A stretch of 64,000 bases of DNA. Origin: Acidobacteriota bacterium. Lineage in GTDB: Bacteria; Acidobacteriota; Terriglobia; Bryobacterales; Bryobacteraceae. Below the pieces are notes generated by a model. That model was not told the origin of the DNA and ran no database searches. It saw only the letters and a program-made list of their open reading frames with translations. Numbering within the stretch: position 1 is the first letter of the stretch; the number at the start of each line of letters is the position of its first letter. Of this stretch, positions 1 to 9,384 are shown one piece after another. The position numbers and the translations under genes were made by a program. Where the stretch lies: contig JBBTDS010000210.1 of the NCBI GenBank assembly GCA_038060875.1, positions 37,167 through 101,166 of the forward strand. The letters run 5' to 3'.

Positions 1-109
1 GCCAGACATCATGGGCGCATCGCTTTCAGAAAGTTCTTCACGTGAGGCACGGTGTCGTCCGGGACCGTCTCAGCGGACTTCATCTCTTGCGGCAGGGCCC
101 CGGCAGGCA

Positions 110-1357
110 CTACTCCCTTGAACTCAATCTGGTCACACGTTTGAACCTTAGCGACGCATCTCTGCGCTTTCCGTCGTCTTTCCAGTGACCGTCCCTGGCG
201 CTCCACCTCTCGAAGTACGAATCTGCCGCGCCCCAGGTCACCTGCGCGAAGGGACAGACACCGGGACACGGATATGAAGGGTTGACGGAAGGCCGGACCT
301 CGGGGGCATCCACGAGATAGCTCGCCTCGACCGAGCCGGGCGAAAAAAAAGAAATTACATAGGTCCTGCCCTTCTCAAGCGTCAGCGGTTTCGACAGTGG
401 CTGCTCGTACCAAGCGAATCTCCTGTCCTCGTTGGGACCGGGATTGTAGTAATGATCCCTTATCTCCGATCTGCGAGCGACGACTCCGTTGCCGAGAAGG
501 GTCTCGCCTTCGCTTATCTCGTAATGAATGGCCTCGCCCAGCTTGTTCCACTTCTCCTCGTCCGTGGCCCCCTTGACATAGTCGAGATTGACGCCCAGCA
601 TCGTGCCGATTGCCGCTACAGTCTTGTCCTGGAAATCAATCTTGATACGTTGCCGGTAGTACAGGGTCGATTTGCCGCCCAGGCCTTGGTAGGCATGGCA
701 GTAAGGCTGCCCGTAACAGGCGCCGTCGTCGAAGCAGAGCAGGAAGACCGCGATCTCCCTCTCTCGTGTTGTCCATCCCTTGGCGGCACTATAGATCAGG
801 ACGGCGAGATTGGGGTCTGTGATGATCGTATTCCGGTCCGGGCCCGCGATGTTGAGCGGTATCACGTGACTGGCGGGGCGGTCCACGTAGACATTGTTGA
901 AGTGGGCAGAATCGACTGGTCCCGAGTGCCATTCTACGACGACATGATAGATCTGCCGCTCCACCACGGGCGCCGGACTCTTGAGCGGGACGAAGTGCCA
1001 CTGGTCCCAGCCGGTCGGGCGGACCAGTCCGCGTCCGTCGCCGTTGATCCATTGCCCGTCTGGAAGACCGTCTCTGTCGCCTTGTATGCCGACCTTGTAA
1101 GTAGGGGGAGGTTCCCAGGCGGTGTTATAAGGCGTCTTCCAGAAAAGCGCCACATGGGTGACCGTCTTGCTCAGCGGCGCGGTGAAACGCTGGGACTGCT
1201 TGTGATCCTCGGCCTGGAGGGAGCCGGGAACCATTCCGCCGCTGGTGATCCAGAATTGTTGCGCGGGGTTGTACTCGGGTAGTTCGACGCCGCCGCACAG
1301 CCAAGCCAGAAGAACCGCTCCGGCAACCCCGGTGACAGTTGTTTGCTGGCGCCTCAT
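110..1357 (-). CDS. hypothetical exported protein (no family recognised)
   Basis: 415-aa ORF with ATG at 1357, 22 nt downstream of the T1 stop on the same strand. The N-terminus has a hydrophobic signal-like stretch (VTGVAGAVLLAWLCGG). I can assign no motif. Contains an unusual T8 run (343-350). Confidence 0.5.
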   Translation of the reverse strand: MRRQQTTVTGVAGAVLLAWLCGGVELPEYNPAQQFWITSGGMVPGSLQAEDHKQSQRFTAPLSKTVTHVALFWKTPYNTAWEPPPTYKVGIQGDRDGLPDGQWINGDGRGLVRPTGWDQWHFVPLKSPAPVVERQIYHVVVEWHSGPVDSAHFNNVYVDRPASHVIPLNIAGPDRNTIITDPNLAVLIYSAAKGWTTREREIAVFLLCFDDGACYGQPYCHAYQGLGGKSTLYYRQRIKIDFQDKTVAAIGTMLGVNLDYVKGATDEEKWNKLGEAIHYEISEGETLLGNGVVARRSEIRDHYYNPGPNEDRRFAWYEQPLSKPLTLEKGRTYVISFFSPGSVEASYLVDAPEVRPSVNPSYPCPGVCPFAQVTWGAADSYFERWSARDGHWKDDGKRRDASLRFKRVTRLSSRE

Positions 1358-1379
1358 GGCCAGGTGTCAGTCGATCGGC

Positions 1380-4300
1380 CTAGAATTTCAGCTTCCCGGC
1401 AAGCTGCCACGATCGCGCATCGGTCATCGTGCCGGTGACCCGCCCGAAGGCGGAACTGGTGGGGCTCGTGTTCGGCCCCGAGAAGCTCGGGTGGTTCAAG
1501 GCGTTGTAGACTTCGGCGCGAAACTGGAAGGTGAGCTTTTCGCCGATTGGGAAGCTCTTGACAGCCGCCAAGTCCCAGCGCGATACGCTATCCGTGCGGA
1601 TGCCGCCGAACCGCAGCGGGAACGCCCGGATGTTCCACTCCAGTTGTTGCCTCGAGTCCCGGTTGAAGCCGGCATCGACGTTCAACCAGCGATCCACACT
1701 TCGTTTGTCGCTCGGAAGAGGAATGTCCTTGAGGTTGCCGTTGAAGATTGCATTGCCGAATCCAAGCGGCGGACCGCTCTGCCGCACCACGATCCCGCTG
1801 ATCTGCCAGCCACCGATGACGAAGTTCACGGGTGTAGGCAACTTGGCGCCAAACTGCTTGCCCCGACCGACTGGGAGCTCCCAGATTCCACTCATCGCCA
1901 CACGATGAGTACGATCAAAATCGCCGACTACCTCGGAGGGGCGGGCGTCGGTCGCGTTCAGGAACTGGGTAGCCTCCATCAGCTTGGACCAGGTATAAGT
2001 CAACTGGAAGGTGTAGCCCTGGGAAAGTCGCTTCTCCGCCTGAACCTGGAGAGAGTGGTACCAGGAATACCCGATGGGTTCCCTGTACTGCGTCAGGCCG
2101 CCGAAATGCGGAAATGGACGCAGCAAAGCGGCGCGCGAAATATTCGCCCCATAGATCGGGCCGATGCCATAGAACGGGTTGGGAGACTGCGCGGACAGGA
2201 AGTTGATAGTCTTCTCATCTCTGTCCCGGCTGGTGCTCAGATACTGAGCGGGCGTATCGTTCAGCGAGCGATCCACTCCCAACCTCGTGCCGCGGTTACC
2301 GACGTAGGAGGCATCCACGACGAACCTTCCGGGCATCAGTCGCTGGAATCCGAATGACCAGCGCTGGGAGTAAGCATGTTTCCGATTGCTGGGATAGAAC
2401 GCAATCGACTGCCCGAGGTTGGTCATCAACCCGCCCGCCGCTCCCGGTGGTGACAGCAGTCCATTCGGAAACGGATTGGCCAGGGTGGCGACAAACGTCA
2501 AGCCGCTGTCAAGAGAGGCCTGAATCGGGGTGCTCTGCGAGAATCCGGTCTGGATGGCCCTGGTGGCGTTCACCCCGATGGAATCGTAAAAGACGCCGTA
2601 GCCACCGCGCAAGGTCGTCTTGGAGTTCAATTGGTAGGCGAATCCGAAGCGAGGCAAGAAGTTGTTCTTCTCGCCTCTGAACGGCGCGCGGCCCGCGCCT
2701 TCCTGGTTCAGGTACAACTGGCCGCCTAGCACGCGGAACTGGTTCGGCGGCAACTCGGGAATAGGGTTGCGGGTGTAGTTCGCTCGCGCCTGAGCTTCGA
2801 TCGGATTCGCTTGCCCGAAGGCGAAACCGGCCACCAGGCGGTTGTATCGCTCGGTGATCGGGGACTCCAGTTCGTACCGGAGGCCGAGGTTCAGAGTGAG
2901 CCTGTCGGTGATCTTGAAATCATCGTGGAGGTACAGGCCGTGGTACCTGTCTTGCAGCGCATAGCTCGCGCTGGCCTCCATCGAACCACCGGGTATGCCC
3001 AGCAGCATGGACGCCAGTTCCTGACCCACCGGCGCCACGGGAGAATTGTCCAACGGCCCTCTCGTATAGGTCGCCGAGAAAATCAGATCCGGCGAAACAC
3101 TCCGAGGAAAACGGTTTCCGAACGCCCGGTAGACCCGGAGGTCTGCGCCGTACTTCAAGTTGTGCCTTGCTCGCAAATGAGTGACGGCGGCCGCGAAACT
3201 GTGAGTGAGCCCCGTGTTGGTTCCGTCCCCTTCCTCCCAGTTGGAGAAGGTCGAAAAGGGGCTGGCGCTGACCCTCGGGATGGTCGCCAGCTTCTTGTCC
3301 ACGAGGTTGACCAAGGCAGGCGAGAACCCCAGCGAAGCCAGATCGAAGCCTCGGCTAACGCGCCGCTCGGGGAACTCCTGGTTGGTCAGGCCGTAGCGCA
3401 GATTCAATACCAGAGCGGGGCTGAGGACCAGTACGTGATCCACGGCCAAACCTCTGTTGATGCGGTTCATGATGATACCCTGAATGCCGTAGCCGAATAC
3501 CTTCTGCTTGTCCTCGAGCCAGTGGTCGTAGTTAGCGCGGACGAACATCCGGTGGCTCTCGCTGAAGGCGTGGTCAACACGGGCGAAGTGGACGTAGTAA
3601 TCTTCGACGTCGATCGTCGAGCTGAAAAAGTTGTTCTGACCGTCAGCAGTTCCCGGCCCGCTGGGGAGGGGATAGAACTTCGCCAGATTCACCCCGACCG
3701 GGTCCAGCCGAGAGGACGGAATGATATTGTTCGGCAGGGGCTGGCGGCCGAAACGACCGCCGCTGGCGGGCGTCGTGGTGGCAGGATCATAGATCTGGTA
3801 CCGGCTGCCGAGACTCAGAAGCTCGGAGAAGTCGCCCCGGCGCTCGGCGGCGGTCGGGACAGTCCCCGTGAATGGTCTGGGATCCCCCCACTTGTTCGCT
3901 TCCCAGGCGTAGTGCCAAAAAGTCTTGTCTCTCCCGTTGTAGAGGCCTGGTATCCGAACCGGGCCTCCGGCGGAGGCTCCAAAGCGGTGGTCGGCGTAGG
4001 CCGGCACCTTGGTATTGTTCTTGTTGTTGAAGAAGTTTGGGGCGTCGAAGGCGCTGTTGCGGGCCCAATAGTGGGCCTCGCCGTGCAGTCGGTTGGTTCC
4101 ACTGGCGGTGTTGACGCTCACGAACGCCCCCATGGTATGTCCAATGCTGGCATCGTAAGAGCTGGTCTGGATCTTGAACTCCTGGATCACCGTGGAGGGC
4201 GGACGGAACGCGTCACGAGCCCGTCCGGCCCCGTCGGCGAACGTGTTCGAAACGCCGTCCATCTGGAACTCGTTGGTGAATGCGGGGTTGCCATCAGCGG

Positions 4301-4856
4301 AGATCGCCGTGCCGGTAAACGGCGCCTTCATGGGCATCCATCTCCTGTTGGTGATTACGCCGGCGGTGAGGAACATCAGTTCTATCGGATTGCCGCCCAC
4401 CACGGGAAGCTCCAGCACGCGCTGCTGGTCGATCACTTGGCCAAGTGAAGAACTGGCCGTGCTGAGGAGCGGCGTTTCCTCTTTCACATCGATGCGCTCC
4501 GTCACCGGGCCGACCTCCATCTGGATGTTCAGCTCAACAATGTCACCAACCCGGACCTGGACGCCCTCCCGGACATAGCCCTTGAGACCGGCGGCCTCCG
4601 CGGAGACCCGGTAGAACCCGGGAAGCAGGAAGGGAATGTTGAAGCTGCCGGTGTCGTTAGTCCGGGTTGACGCGCTAACACCGCTTGCAACGTTGGTTAC
4701 GCGAACCTCCACATTGGGTATCCGCGCTTCGGTCGGGTCGGTCACCCGGCCAAGAATCGTGCCTCGGGGATCCTGAGCCAGCGCTGTTGCCGCCAGCAGG
4801 ATGAGTGTGCTCACCGCACAGAGAATAGTCCTCGTTCTCAGCTCGACTATGCGCAT
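1380..4856 (-). CDS. TonB-dependent receptor T1 (group A), carboxypeptidase-regulatory-like N-domain
   Basis: 1158-aa ORF, ATG 4856 preceded by GAGG. Signal peptide ends ...TALAQD. Followed by a CarboxypepD_reg-like beta-sandwich (GTILGRVTDP..VRVTNVASG..GSFNIPFLLPGFYRV), a ~1000-aa barrel region and the C-terminus ...AGKLKF (terminal aromatic typical of OM barrels). Clear paralogue of T2, T4, T5 and T8. Confidence 0.9.
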   Translation of the reverse strand: MRIVELRTRTILCAVSTLILLAATALAQDPRGTILGRVTDPTEARIPNVEVRVTNVASGVSASTRTNDTGSFNIPFLLPGFYRVSAEAAGLKGYVREGVQVRVGDIVELNIQMEVGPVTERIDVKEETPLLSTASSSLGQVIDQQRVLELPVVGGNPIELMFLTAGVITNRRWMPMKAPFTGTAISADGNPAFTNEFQMDGVSNTFADGAGRARDAFRPPSTVIQEFKIQTSSYDASIGHTMGAFVSVNTASGTNRLHGEAHYWARNSAFDAPNFFNNKNNTKVPAYADHRFGASAGGPVRIPGLYNGRDKTFWHYAWEANKWGDPRPFTGTVPTAAERRGDFSELLSLGSRYQIYDPATTTPASGGRFGRQPLPNNIIPSSRLDPVGVNLAKFYPLPSGPGTADGQNNFFSSTIDVEDYYVHFARVDHAFSESHRMFVRANYDHWLEDKQKVFGYGIQGIIMNRINRGLAVDHVLVLSPALVLNLRYGLTNQEFPERRVSRGFDLASLGFSPALVNLVDKKLATIPRVSASPFSTFSNWEEGDGTNTGLTHSFAAAVTHLRARHNLKYGADLRVYRAFGNRFPRSVSPDLIFSATYTRGPLDNSPVAPVGQELASMLLGIPGGSMEASASYALQDRYHGLYLHDDFKITDRLTLNLGLRYELESPITERYNRLVAGFAFGQANPIEAQARANYTRNPIPELPPNQFRVLGGQLYLNQEGAGRAPFRGEKNNFLPRFGFAYQLNSKTTLRGGYGVFYDSIGVNATRAIQTGFSQSTPIQASLDSGLTFVATLANPFPNGLLSPPGAAGGLMTNLGQSIAFYPSNRKHAYSQRWSFGFQRLMPGRFVVDASYVGNRGTRLGVDRSLNDTPAQYLSTSRDRDEKTINFLSAQSPNPFYGIGPIYGANISRAALLRPFPHFGGLTQYREPIGYSWYHSLQVQAEKRLSQGYTFQLTYTWSKLMEATQFLNATDARPSEVVGDFDRTHRVAMSGIWELPVGRGKQFGAKLPTPVNFVIGGWQISGIVVRQSGPPLGFGNAIFNGNLKDIPLPSDKRSVDRWLNVDAGFNRDSRQQLEWNIRAFPLRFGGIRTDSVSRWDLAAVKSFPIGEKLTFQFRAEVYNALNHPSFSGPNTSPTSSAFGRVTGTMTDARSWQLAGKLKF

Positions 4857-4883
4857 CGGGAAAGCCTCATTAGAATCATTGAC

Positions 4884-6152
4884 TTACTTTTGTGCCCAGC
4901 GGAATCGTCCACCGGTTTCGGCCAGGAACTTCATGGTTTCCTGCCGGACAACCAATTCCGCATCCAGGATGTCGTCCGGTTTGTGGACAACCCGTTCGCC
5001 TTTCCGATTCTTGACCGGATAGGTGTGGGAGGGCGCCTCGAATATCACGGTGAGGGTGCCGCAATGCAGGTTGAGAGCGCTGTCAAGATTGAAGCCGGAC
5101 AGCGGTCGGGGCGCCGGATCGGCTTCCAGCGAGACGTCGTCTGAACCTTGTAGTTTCTCGGTGGTCAGCCGCCCCTGCACCTGTCGATAGAGCCGGTCAA
5201 AGATCGGCATCAGCTCGGGCTCGATGAAGGAGCGGTTGGCACGCATGAACGGCGCCCCGCCGGCGTGCATGTTGAGGATCAAGTCGGGCCGTTCCTGCGC
5301 AGCCAACTCGAAAAGCGCTTGTGTTTCCGGCTGGCGCCTGGGGCTGAAGAAGTCGTCATGCTGGATGTTTATGCCGGCATCGTTCGGGTAACCGCCGGGA
5401 AACTGCGTCCGCGAGAAGTCGAGCGGAATGAAAGCCTTGCACTCCGGCCAACCGATGTTCGAGCCATCGCGCCAGGCGCCGGTGTTGAAATACTCATTCA
5501 AGGCGGTCTTTTCGTTCTCACTGAACCGTATCATTCGCAATGGAATGCGCGCCCGGCCATCAACATTGACGATGGGCACAACGATGATCCGGTGGAGCGC
5601 TTTGGCCACAGAAACAATTTCCGGCCACTGCTTGCCGCGAAGGTCCCGGCCAGTTTCGAGCACCGCCAGGAAGTTGACCATGCCGACAATGCCCTCAAAC
5701 TCGCCGCCATGCACGCTGGCCAAAGCCAGGAAGACCTTTTTCTCGTAATCCGGTCCGAGGTAGGCGCGGACGTCGCCAAAGCCCAGCGAACCGGAGAAAG
5801 TGGTAGTGCCTTTGTCCTTCCGCGGGTGACCATAGAATACCGCGCGAATCGGTCGTCCGCCCGCGGTTTTCCCGATCGCACGGACGCTCCCCTTCTTTAC
5901 TTGCGTGTCCAGAAAACGGTTCACGCCTTCAACCGTGCTGACCCAGAAATCTGGAATAGGATGCGGTTCGACCAAGTACTCAGGCGGGATGTCGTTGAAC
6001 TGGCTCGCCTGCCGCTGGCCGGTGCGGCCCTGCGGGGCACCGGCGGCGAAGCCGATTGACAGCAGGGCGGCAACAACGCTGGCCGCCAACGATGAGTTCA
6101 CCACAAACCTCCGCGTGAAGACTTCCCTGAGAGCGTGTGGGTAGGCCCGCAC
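4884..6152 (-). CDS. M14-like zinc carboxypeptidase family protein, exported
   Basis: 422-aa ORF. The spacing of HGGEFEG (HxxE), NVDG and NMHAG matches the M14 zinc-ligand pattern, and there is a hydrophobic N-terminal segment (LAASVVAALLSIGFAAG). The start is uncertain: GTG at 6152, or GTG at 6101, which has a GGAGG 6 nt upstream and fits the putative promoter at 6155-6184. Confidence 0.6.
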   Translation of the reverse strand: MRAYPHALREVFTRRFVVNSSLAASVVAALLSIGFAAGAPQGRTGQRQASQFNDIPPEYLVEPHPIPDFWVSTVEGVNRFLDTQVKKGSVRAIGKTAGGRPIRAVFYGHPRKDKGTTTFSGSLGFGDVRAYLGPDYEKKVFLALASVHGGEFEGIVGMVNFLAVLETGRDLRGKQWPEIVSVAKALHRIIVVPIVNVDGRARIPLRMIRFSENEKTALNEYFNTGAWRDGSNIGWPECKAFIPLDFSRTQFPGGYPNDAGINIQHDDFFSPRRQPETQALFELAAQERPDLILNMHAGGAPFMRANRSFIEPELMPIFDRLYRQVQGRLTTEKLQGSDDVSLEADPAPRPLSGFNLDSALNLHCGTLTVIFEAPSHTYPVKNRKGERVVHKPDDILDAELVVRQETMKFLAETGGRFRWAQK

Positions 6153-6154
6153 AT

Positions 6155-6184
6155 ATCCTACTGCGGGCTATTGGACCCTGTCAA
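6155..6184 (-). promoter_or_regulatory. possible sigma70-type promoter upstream of the M14 gene
   Basis: Minus strand reads TTGACA (6184-6179), an 18-nt spacer, then TAGGAT (6160-6155). Weaker than the other promoters in the window. Confidence 0.3.
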
Positions 6185-6194
6185 GGTTAATGTG

Positions 6195-6227
6195 TCTGCA
6201 ATACTTTCCATCTGAAAAGAATGCAGA
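6195..6227 (-). terminator. possible weak stem-loop after the amidohydrolase pair
   Basis: Inverted repeat TCTGCA...TGCAGA with a partial inner stem, about 30 nt downstream of the stop at 6257 and just upstream of the putative promoter. No U-tract. Confidence 0.2.
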
Positions 6228-6256
6228 TCGCCCGGGCCTGCGCTGTTCAAGAGACC

Positions 6257-7039
6257 CTACCGCGGCGAAAGTCCCAGCAGCTTCGCGGCATTGCGCCGCC
6301 GGATCGCGTCTTTGACGTCTTCGCTCGCCTCCAGCACCTCGAGCTTCAGCACTGCCGGGTCGGGGTAGTTGAACGGCATCCCCGTCCCGAACACGACCCG
6401 CTCAGCGCCCAGGTTGGTCACCAGTTGTCCGATCTCGTTGGCCAGCACTGCCGCCAGCCGGGAAATCTCAATGAAATAGTTGGCGGGCAGGCCGCTCTGT
6501 TTCCGCCCCAGCGCCGAGCCCACGAACCCGGTGCCGTTCACCAGGATGAACTGCGCCCGCGGGCACGCCTTCACCAGTCCGGCAATCTCCTCCAGTTCTA
6601 CGTCCGGCACGTCCACCAGCCAGCTCCGCTGCCGGCGGTCCTCGACGCGGATGGGGATGGAGACGACCATCTTGCGCTCGGCCGCCGCGTTCACCAACTC
6701 CAGGCAGGCCGGGTCCGAGAGGCGGTAGTTGTGCCATCTCGGATACAGCCGCAGCCCCTTCATGCCGAATTCCTCGTGACAGGCCTTCAGATCGTCCTGC
6801 CAGCCGGCGTAAAAGGGACTGATCACGGCGAACGCGAGGAGCCGGTCACTCTGTGCCTTCACCTCGGCGGCCACTTCTTCGTTGCCGGACTGTGCATTGC
6901 GATAAGTGATGGCCGACGCACTGGAGACGACGGCCCGCTCGATCCGCCGGCTGTCCATCAGCCGCAGCAATCCCGCGGCGGTGTTGTGGCGCAGTTGCCG
7001 AAAGGCGAAGTGCCCCAGGTAGGCGTTCACGTCAATCAT
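6257..7039 (-). CDS. amidohydrolase-2 family protein, signal-less partner lacking the N-terminal HxH motif (pair 1)
   Basis: 260-aa ORF. The ATG at 7039 overlaps the upstream stop (ATGA). The N-terminus reads MIDVNAYLGH where the family usually has IDxHxH. No signal peptide. Highly similar by eye to 40139-40927. Confidence 0.75.
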   Translation of the reverse strand: MIDVNAYLGHFAFRQLRHNTAAGLLRLMDSRRIERAVVSSASAITYRNAQSGNEEVAAEVKAQSDRLLAFAVISPFYAGWQDDLKACHEEFGMKGLRLYPRWHNYRLSDPACLELVNAAAERKMVVSIPIRVEDRRQRSWLVDVPDVELEEIAGLVKACPRAQFILVNGTGFVGSALGRKQSGLPANYFIEISRLAAVLANEIGQLVTNLGAERVVFGTGMPFNYPDPAVLKLEVLEASEDVKDAIRRRNAAKLLGLSPR

Positions 7040-7953
7040 TTTGTCCCCCGCCGGGCGAGAAGCCGCTGCATGTTGCCGCCCAGGATCTTCTGCTTGTCCG
7101 CCGCGCTGAGGCTGGCGGCGCGAAGCTTGCCCACACCGGCGGTCATCGACATGTCGCAGCCAAAGACCAGCCGGTCGGCGCCCAGCACGCGCGCGGCCAT
7201 CTCAATCACGCCCTCGTCGATCACGCTGCCGCTGGTGTCCAGGCACACGGTCGGCGCGTTGCGCAGGGCCTTGATGGTCCACTCCCAGTCCCCGCCGCCG
7301 CAGACGTGGCCGCAGATAAGCATGGCCTCCGGATAGCGCCGGGCGACTTCCGACAAATGGCCGCCGTCGCTGATATGGGGCTGCCCTTCCACGAAAGAGT
7401 GAGCGTGTCCCGCGTGGTGCAGGATGGGCACACGCAGCTCGATGGTCAATTCGATGATCGGCCAAACCACCGGCTCGGTGATGCGGTACTCGTTGTAGAG
7501 CTTGACGCCGGCGAAGCCGCGTTCCTCCACGCACCGGCGAATCTCCGCCAGCGCCTCGCGCCCGTAGCCGGGGTTGACGTAGCAGTAGCCCAGCACCCGG
7601 CCGGGGAACCGGCGCATCGCTTCGGCTACCCACTGGTTGCACTCGCGGAAGCCCTCGGCGGTGGCCGGACGGCGCGGCGTGAGCAGCGAGCAACAGAGCT
7701 GGTCGATGCCCAGCTTATCGGCCGCCTCGATCAGCTTGCGGTCGTCCTCCTGCCAGGAGGCGCGGCTGCGGTGGGTCAGGTGCGCGTGGCAGTCGATCAC
7801 CATCGACCCCGCAGGCGCCGCCGGCGAGCGGGCCAAGCCGGCGGCCGCGAGGCCGAAGGCTTCCAGGAAAGTGCGGCGGTGGATGGGGCCTCGATCCAGC
7901 ACAGGCTCAGTCCCTGAAGAAGGTATTTTGTTCATAAAGCCAGCAGCAGACAT
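7036..7953 (-). CDS. amidohydrolase-2 family metal-dependent hydrolase with twin-arginine signal (pair 1)
   Basis: 305-aa ORF with the Tat-like motif HRRTFLEAFGLAAAG, followed by the canonical VIDCHAHLTH metal-binding start of Amidohydro_2. Paralogue of 40924-41805. Confidence 0.8.
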   Translation of the reverse strand: MSAAGFMNKIPSSGTEPVLDRGPIHRRTFLEAFGLAAAGLARSPAAPAGSMVIDCHAHLTHRSRASWQEDDRKLIEAADKLGIDQLCCSLLTPRRPATAEGFRECNQWVAEAMRRFPGRVLGYCYVNPGYGREALAEIRRCVEERGFAGVKLYNEYRITEPVVWPIIELTIELRVPILHHAGHAHSFVEGQPHISDGGHLSEVARRYPEAMLICGHVCGGGDWEWTIKALRNAPTVCLDTSGSVIDEGVIEMAARVLGADRLVFGCDMSMTAGVGKLRAASLSAADKQKILGGNMQRLLARRGTK

Positions 7954-7992
7954 ACTACATCACCAAGCCGGCGGTGGGAGATCTGGAAAGGC

Positions 7993-9375
7993 TCATCGCT
8001 TCACCGAACGCACCAGCTCATGCACCTTGCGGACAATAGTCTCCTCGATGGAGGGCGCGAACGGTCCCGGCAGCCGGGCCCCGATCATGGCCTCCCCTCC
8101 CTCGTATCCTCCCTCCTGAAGCACCCGGAGCGAGGGGATGTAGGCGAAGTTGTCGTTGGAGTAAGCGGCCACCCAGACCGCTCCCCGCCCGGAGGGCACC
8201 CGGTCGCGGCTCAGTTCTTCCCTGAGCCGCAGCGCGTAATCCACCACCACTTCACCGCTCATGGCGATCAGCGTCAGATCCTTGCCGAACTGCCAGACCT
8301 GGAGCGGATAGGGATACTCGGCGGGCAGGCGGCCGTCGCGGGCGAGCATTTTCAAGAGCTCTTCCGCGTGCCGGCGGACGTCCGGATCTTTGTCCTGGAG
8401 TCGCGCCTCGAGTTCGCCGCGGGTGGGCGGGGGAGCGAACGCGACCGGGAAAACCTTGAAGGCGGATCGCAACGGGCCGGCGATGGGCGCCGGCGAGCCG
8501 CCCAGGCCCGCGTCCACGGCGGAGGCCAGCATCTCGCCGTACTTGCGCGCGTGCTCCACCGTGCCGCGCGGATAGGCCATTATGTCGGCGCCGCAGCCCT
8601 GGACAAACAGGGCGACCGCACCCGGGCGGCGCGCCTCCAGCCACTCCTGGGCAAAGCCGGCATAGTCGCCGTTGAAGAGATAGGTGTCGGCGGTGAGGCT
8701 GGTGGTGTGGCAGGCGTAGCCGAACACGACGGCTCTCAGGTCGCCCCGTTCGGAATCCACACGCAGGAAGGGCACGTCGTGATCCACTGGCCCCTCCGGA
8801 TTGGGCCGGAAGGAGGCAATGCCCGCGCCGGTCTTGACGCGGCGGTTGACGGCGAACTTGGTTTGGGTCCGCCCGAAACTGAGCCGTGCGGGGCGGAGGT
8901 CTTTCAGGGCGGCGCCGATGACGCGCACAACCTTGTCCTCCAGTTCGCGCGTGTACTGCTCGACGTCGGCCCACTGCGCGGCGCTCATGCGGGCCCGGTA
9001 AGTGATGCGCAGCGGGTCGGCCAGCACCGGGCCGCAGTGGGTGTGAGAGCCGTTCAGGATCAAGCGGTCGCGCGGCAGGCCATACTGCTTCTCTACCTGC
9101 GCGGCGATTCTCTTGGCGACGACGGAGGGAAAGCCGGCCAGGTCGGCGGTGACGAGCACCGCGGGCCGGCCCGTCCGGTCCTCCAGCGCGAGCGCCTTGG
9201 CGTGCAAGTCCAGCAGGACGCCTTCCGACGGTTTCGTGCGCGCGCCGAAGCCCTGCATCCAAAGGGATTTGCGCGGCGTGATCGGGATCTTCGCCACGCC
9301 TGCTTTCCAGGCCGGGCGCGCGGCGAAGGCCACGCAGACGACAACGAAGACGAAGGCCAGCCGGCGGATCGACAT
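7993..9375 (-). CDS. neutral/alkaline ceramidase N-terminal-domain-like exported hydrolase (cerA)
   Basis: 460-aa ORF with ATG 9375, 9 nt after the T2 stop. Has a signal peptide. GVAKIPITP..MQGFGAR..LHAKALALED..VTADL..GSHTHCGP resembles the ceramidase_alk N-domain pattern. Paralogue of 25721-27076 and 48969-50306. Confidence 0.7.
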   Translation of the reverse strand: MSIRRLAFVFVVVCVAFAARPAWKAGVAKIPITPRKSLWMQGFGARTKPSEGVLLDLHAKALALEDRTGRPAVLVTADLAGFPSVVAKRIAAQVEKQYGLPRDRLILNGSHTHCGPVLADPLRITYRARMSAAQWADVEQYTRELEDKVVRVIGAALKDLRPARLSFGRTQTKFAVNRRVKTGAGIASFRPNPEGPVDHDVPFLRVDSERGDLRAVVFGYACHTTSLTADTYLFNGDYAGFAQEWLEARRPGAVALFVQGCGADIMAYPRGTVEHARKYGEMLASAVDAGLGGSPAPIAGPLRSAFKVFPVAFAPPPTRGELEARLQDKDPDVRRHAEELLKMLARDGRLPAEYPYPLQVWQFGKDLTLIAMSGEVVVDYALRLREELSRDRVPSGRGAVWVAAYSNDNFAYIPSLRVLQEGGYEGGEAMIGARLPGPFAPSIEETIVRKVHELVRSVKR

Positions 9376-9384
9376 AGCCGCGCG

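Noticed and set aside
9-269. 86-aa minus-strand ORF at the left edge, including a possible 24-codon peptide (MKSAETVPDDTVPHVKNFLKAMRP) whose stop overlaps another ATG at 7-9.
   Set aside because: Most of it overlaps the 3' end of the 110-1357 gene in another frame. The remaining peptide is too short and unsupported, and the next gene is cut off by the window edge.
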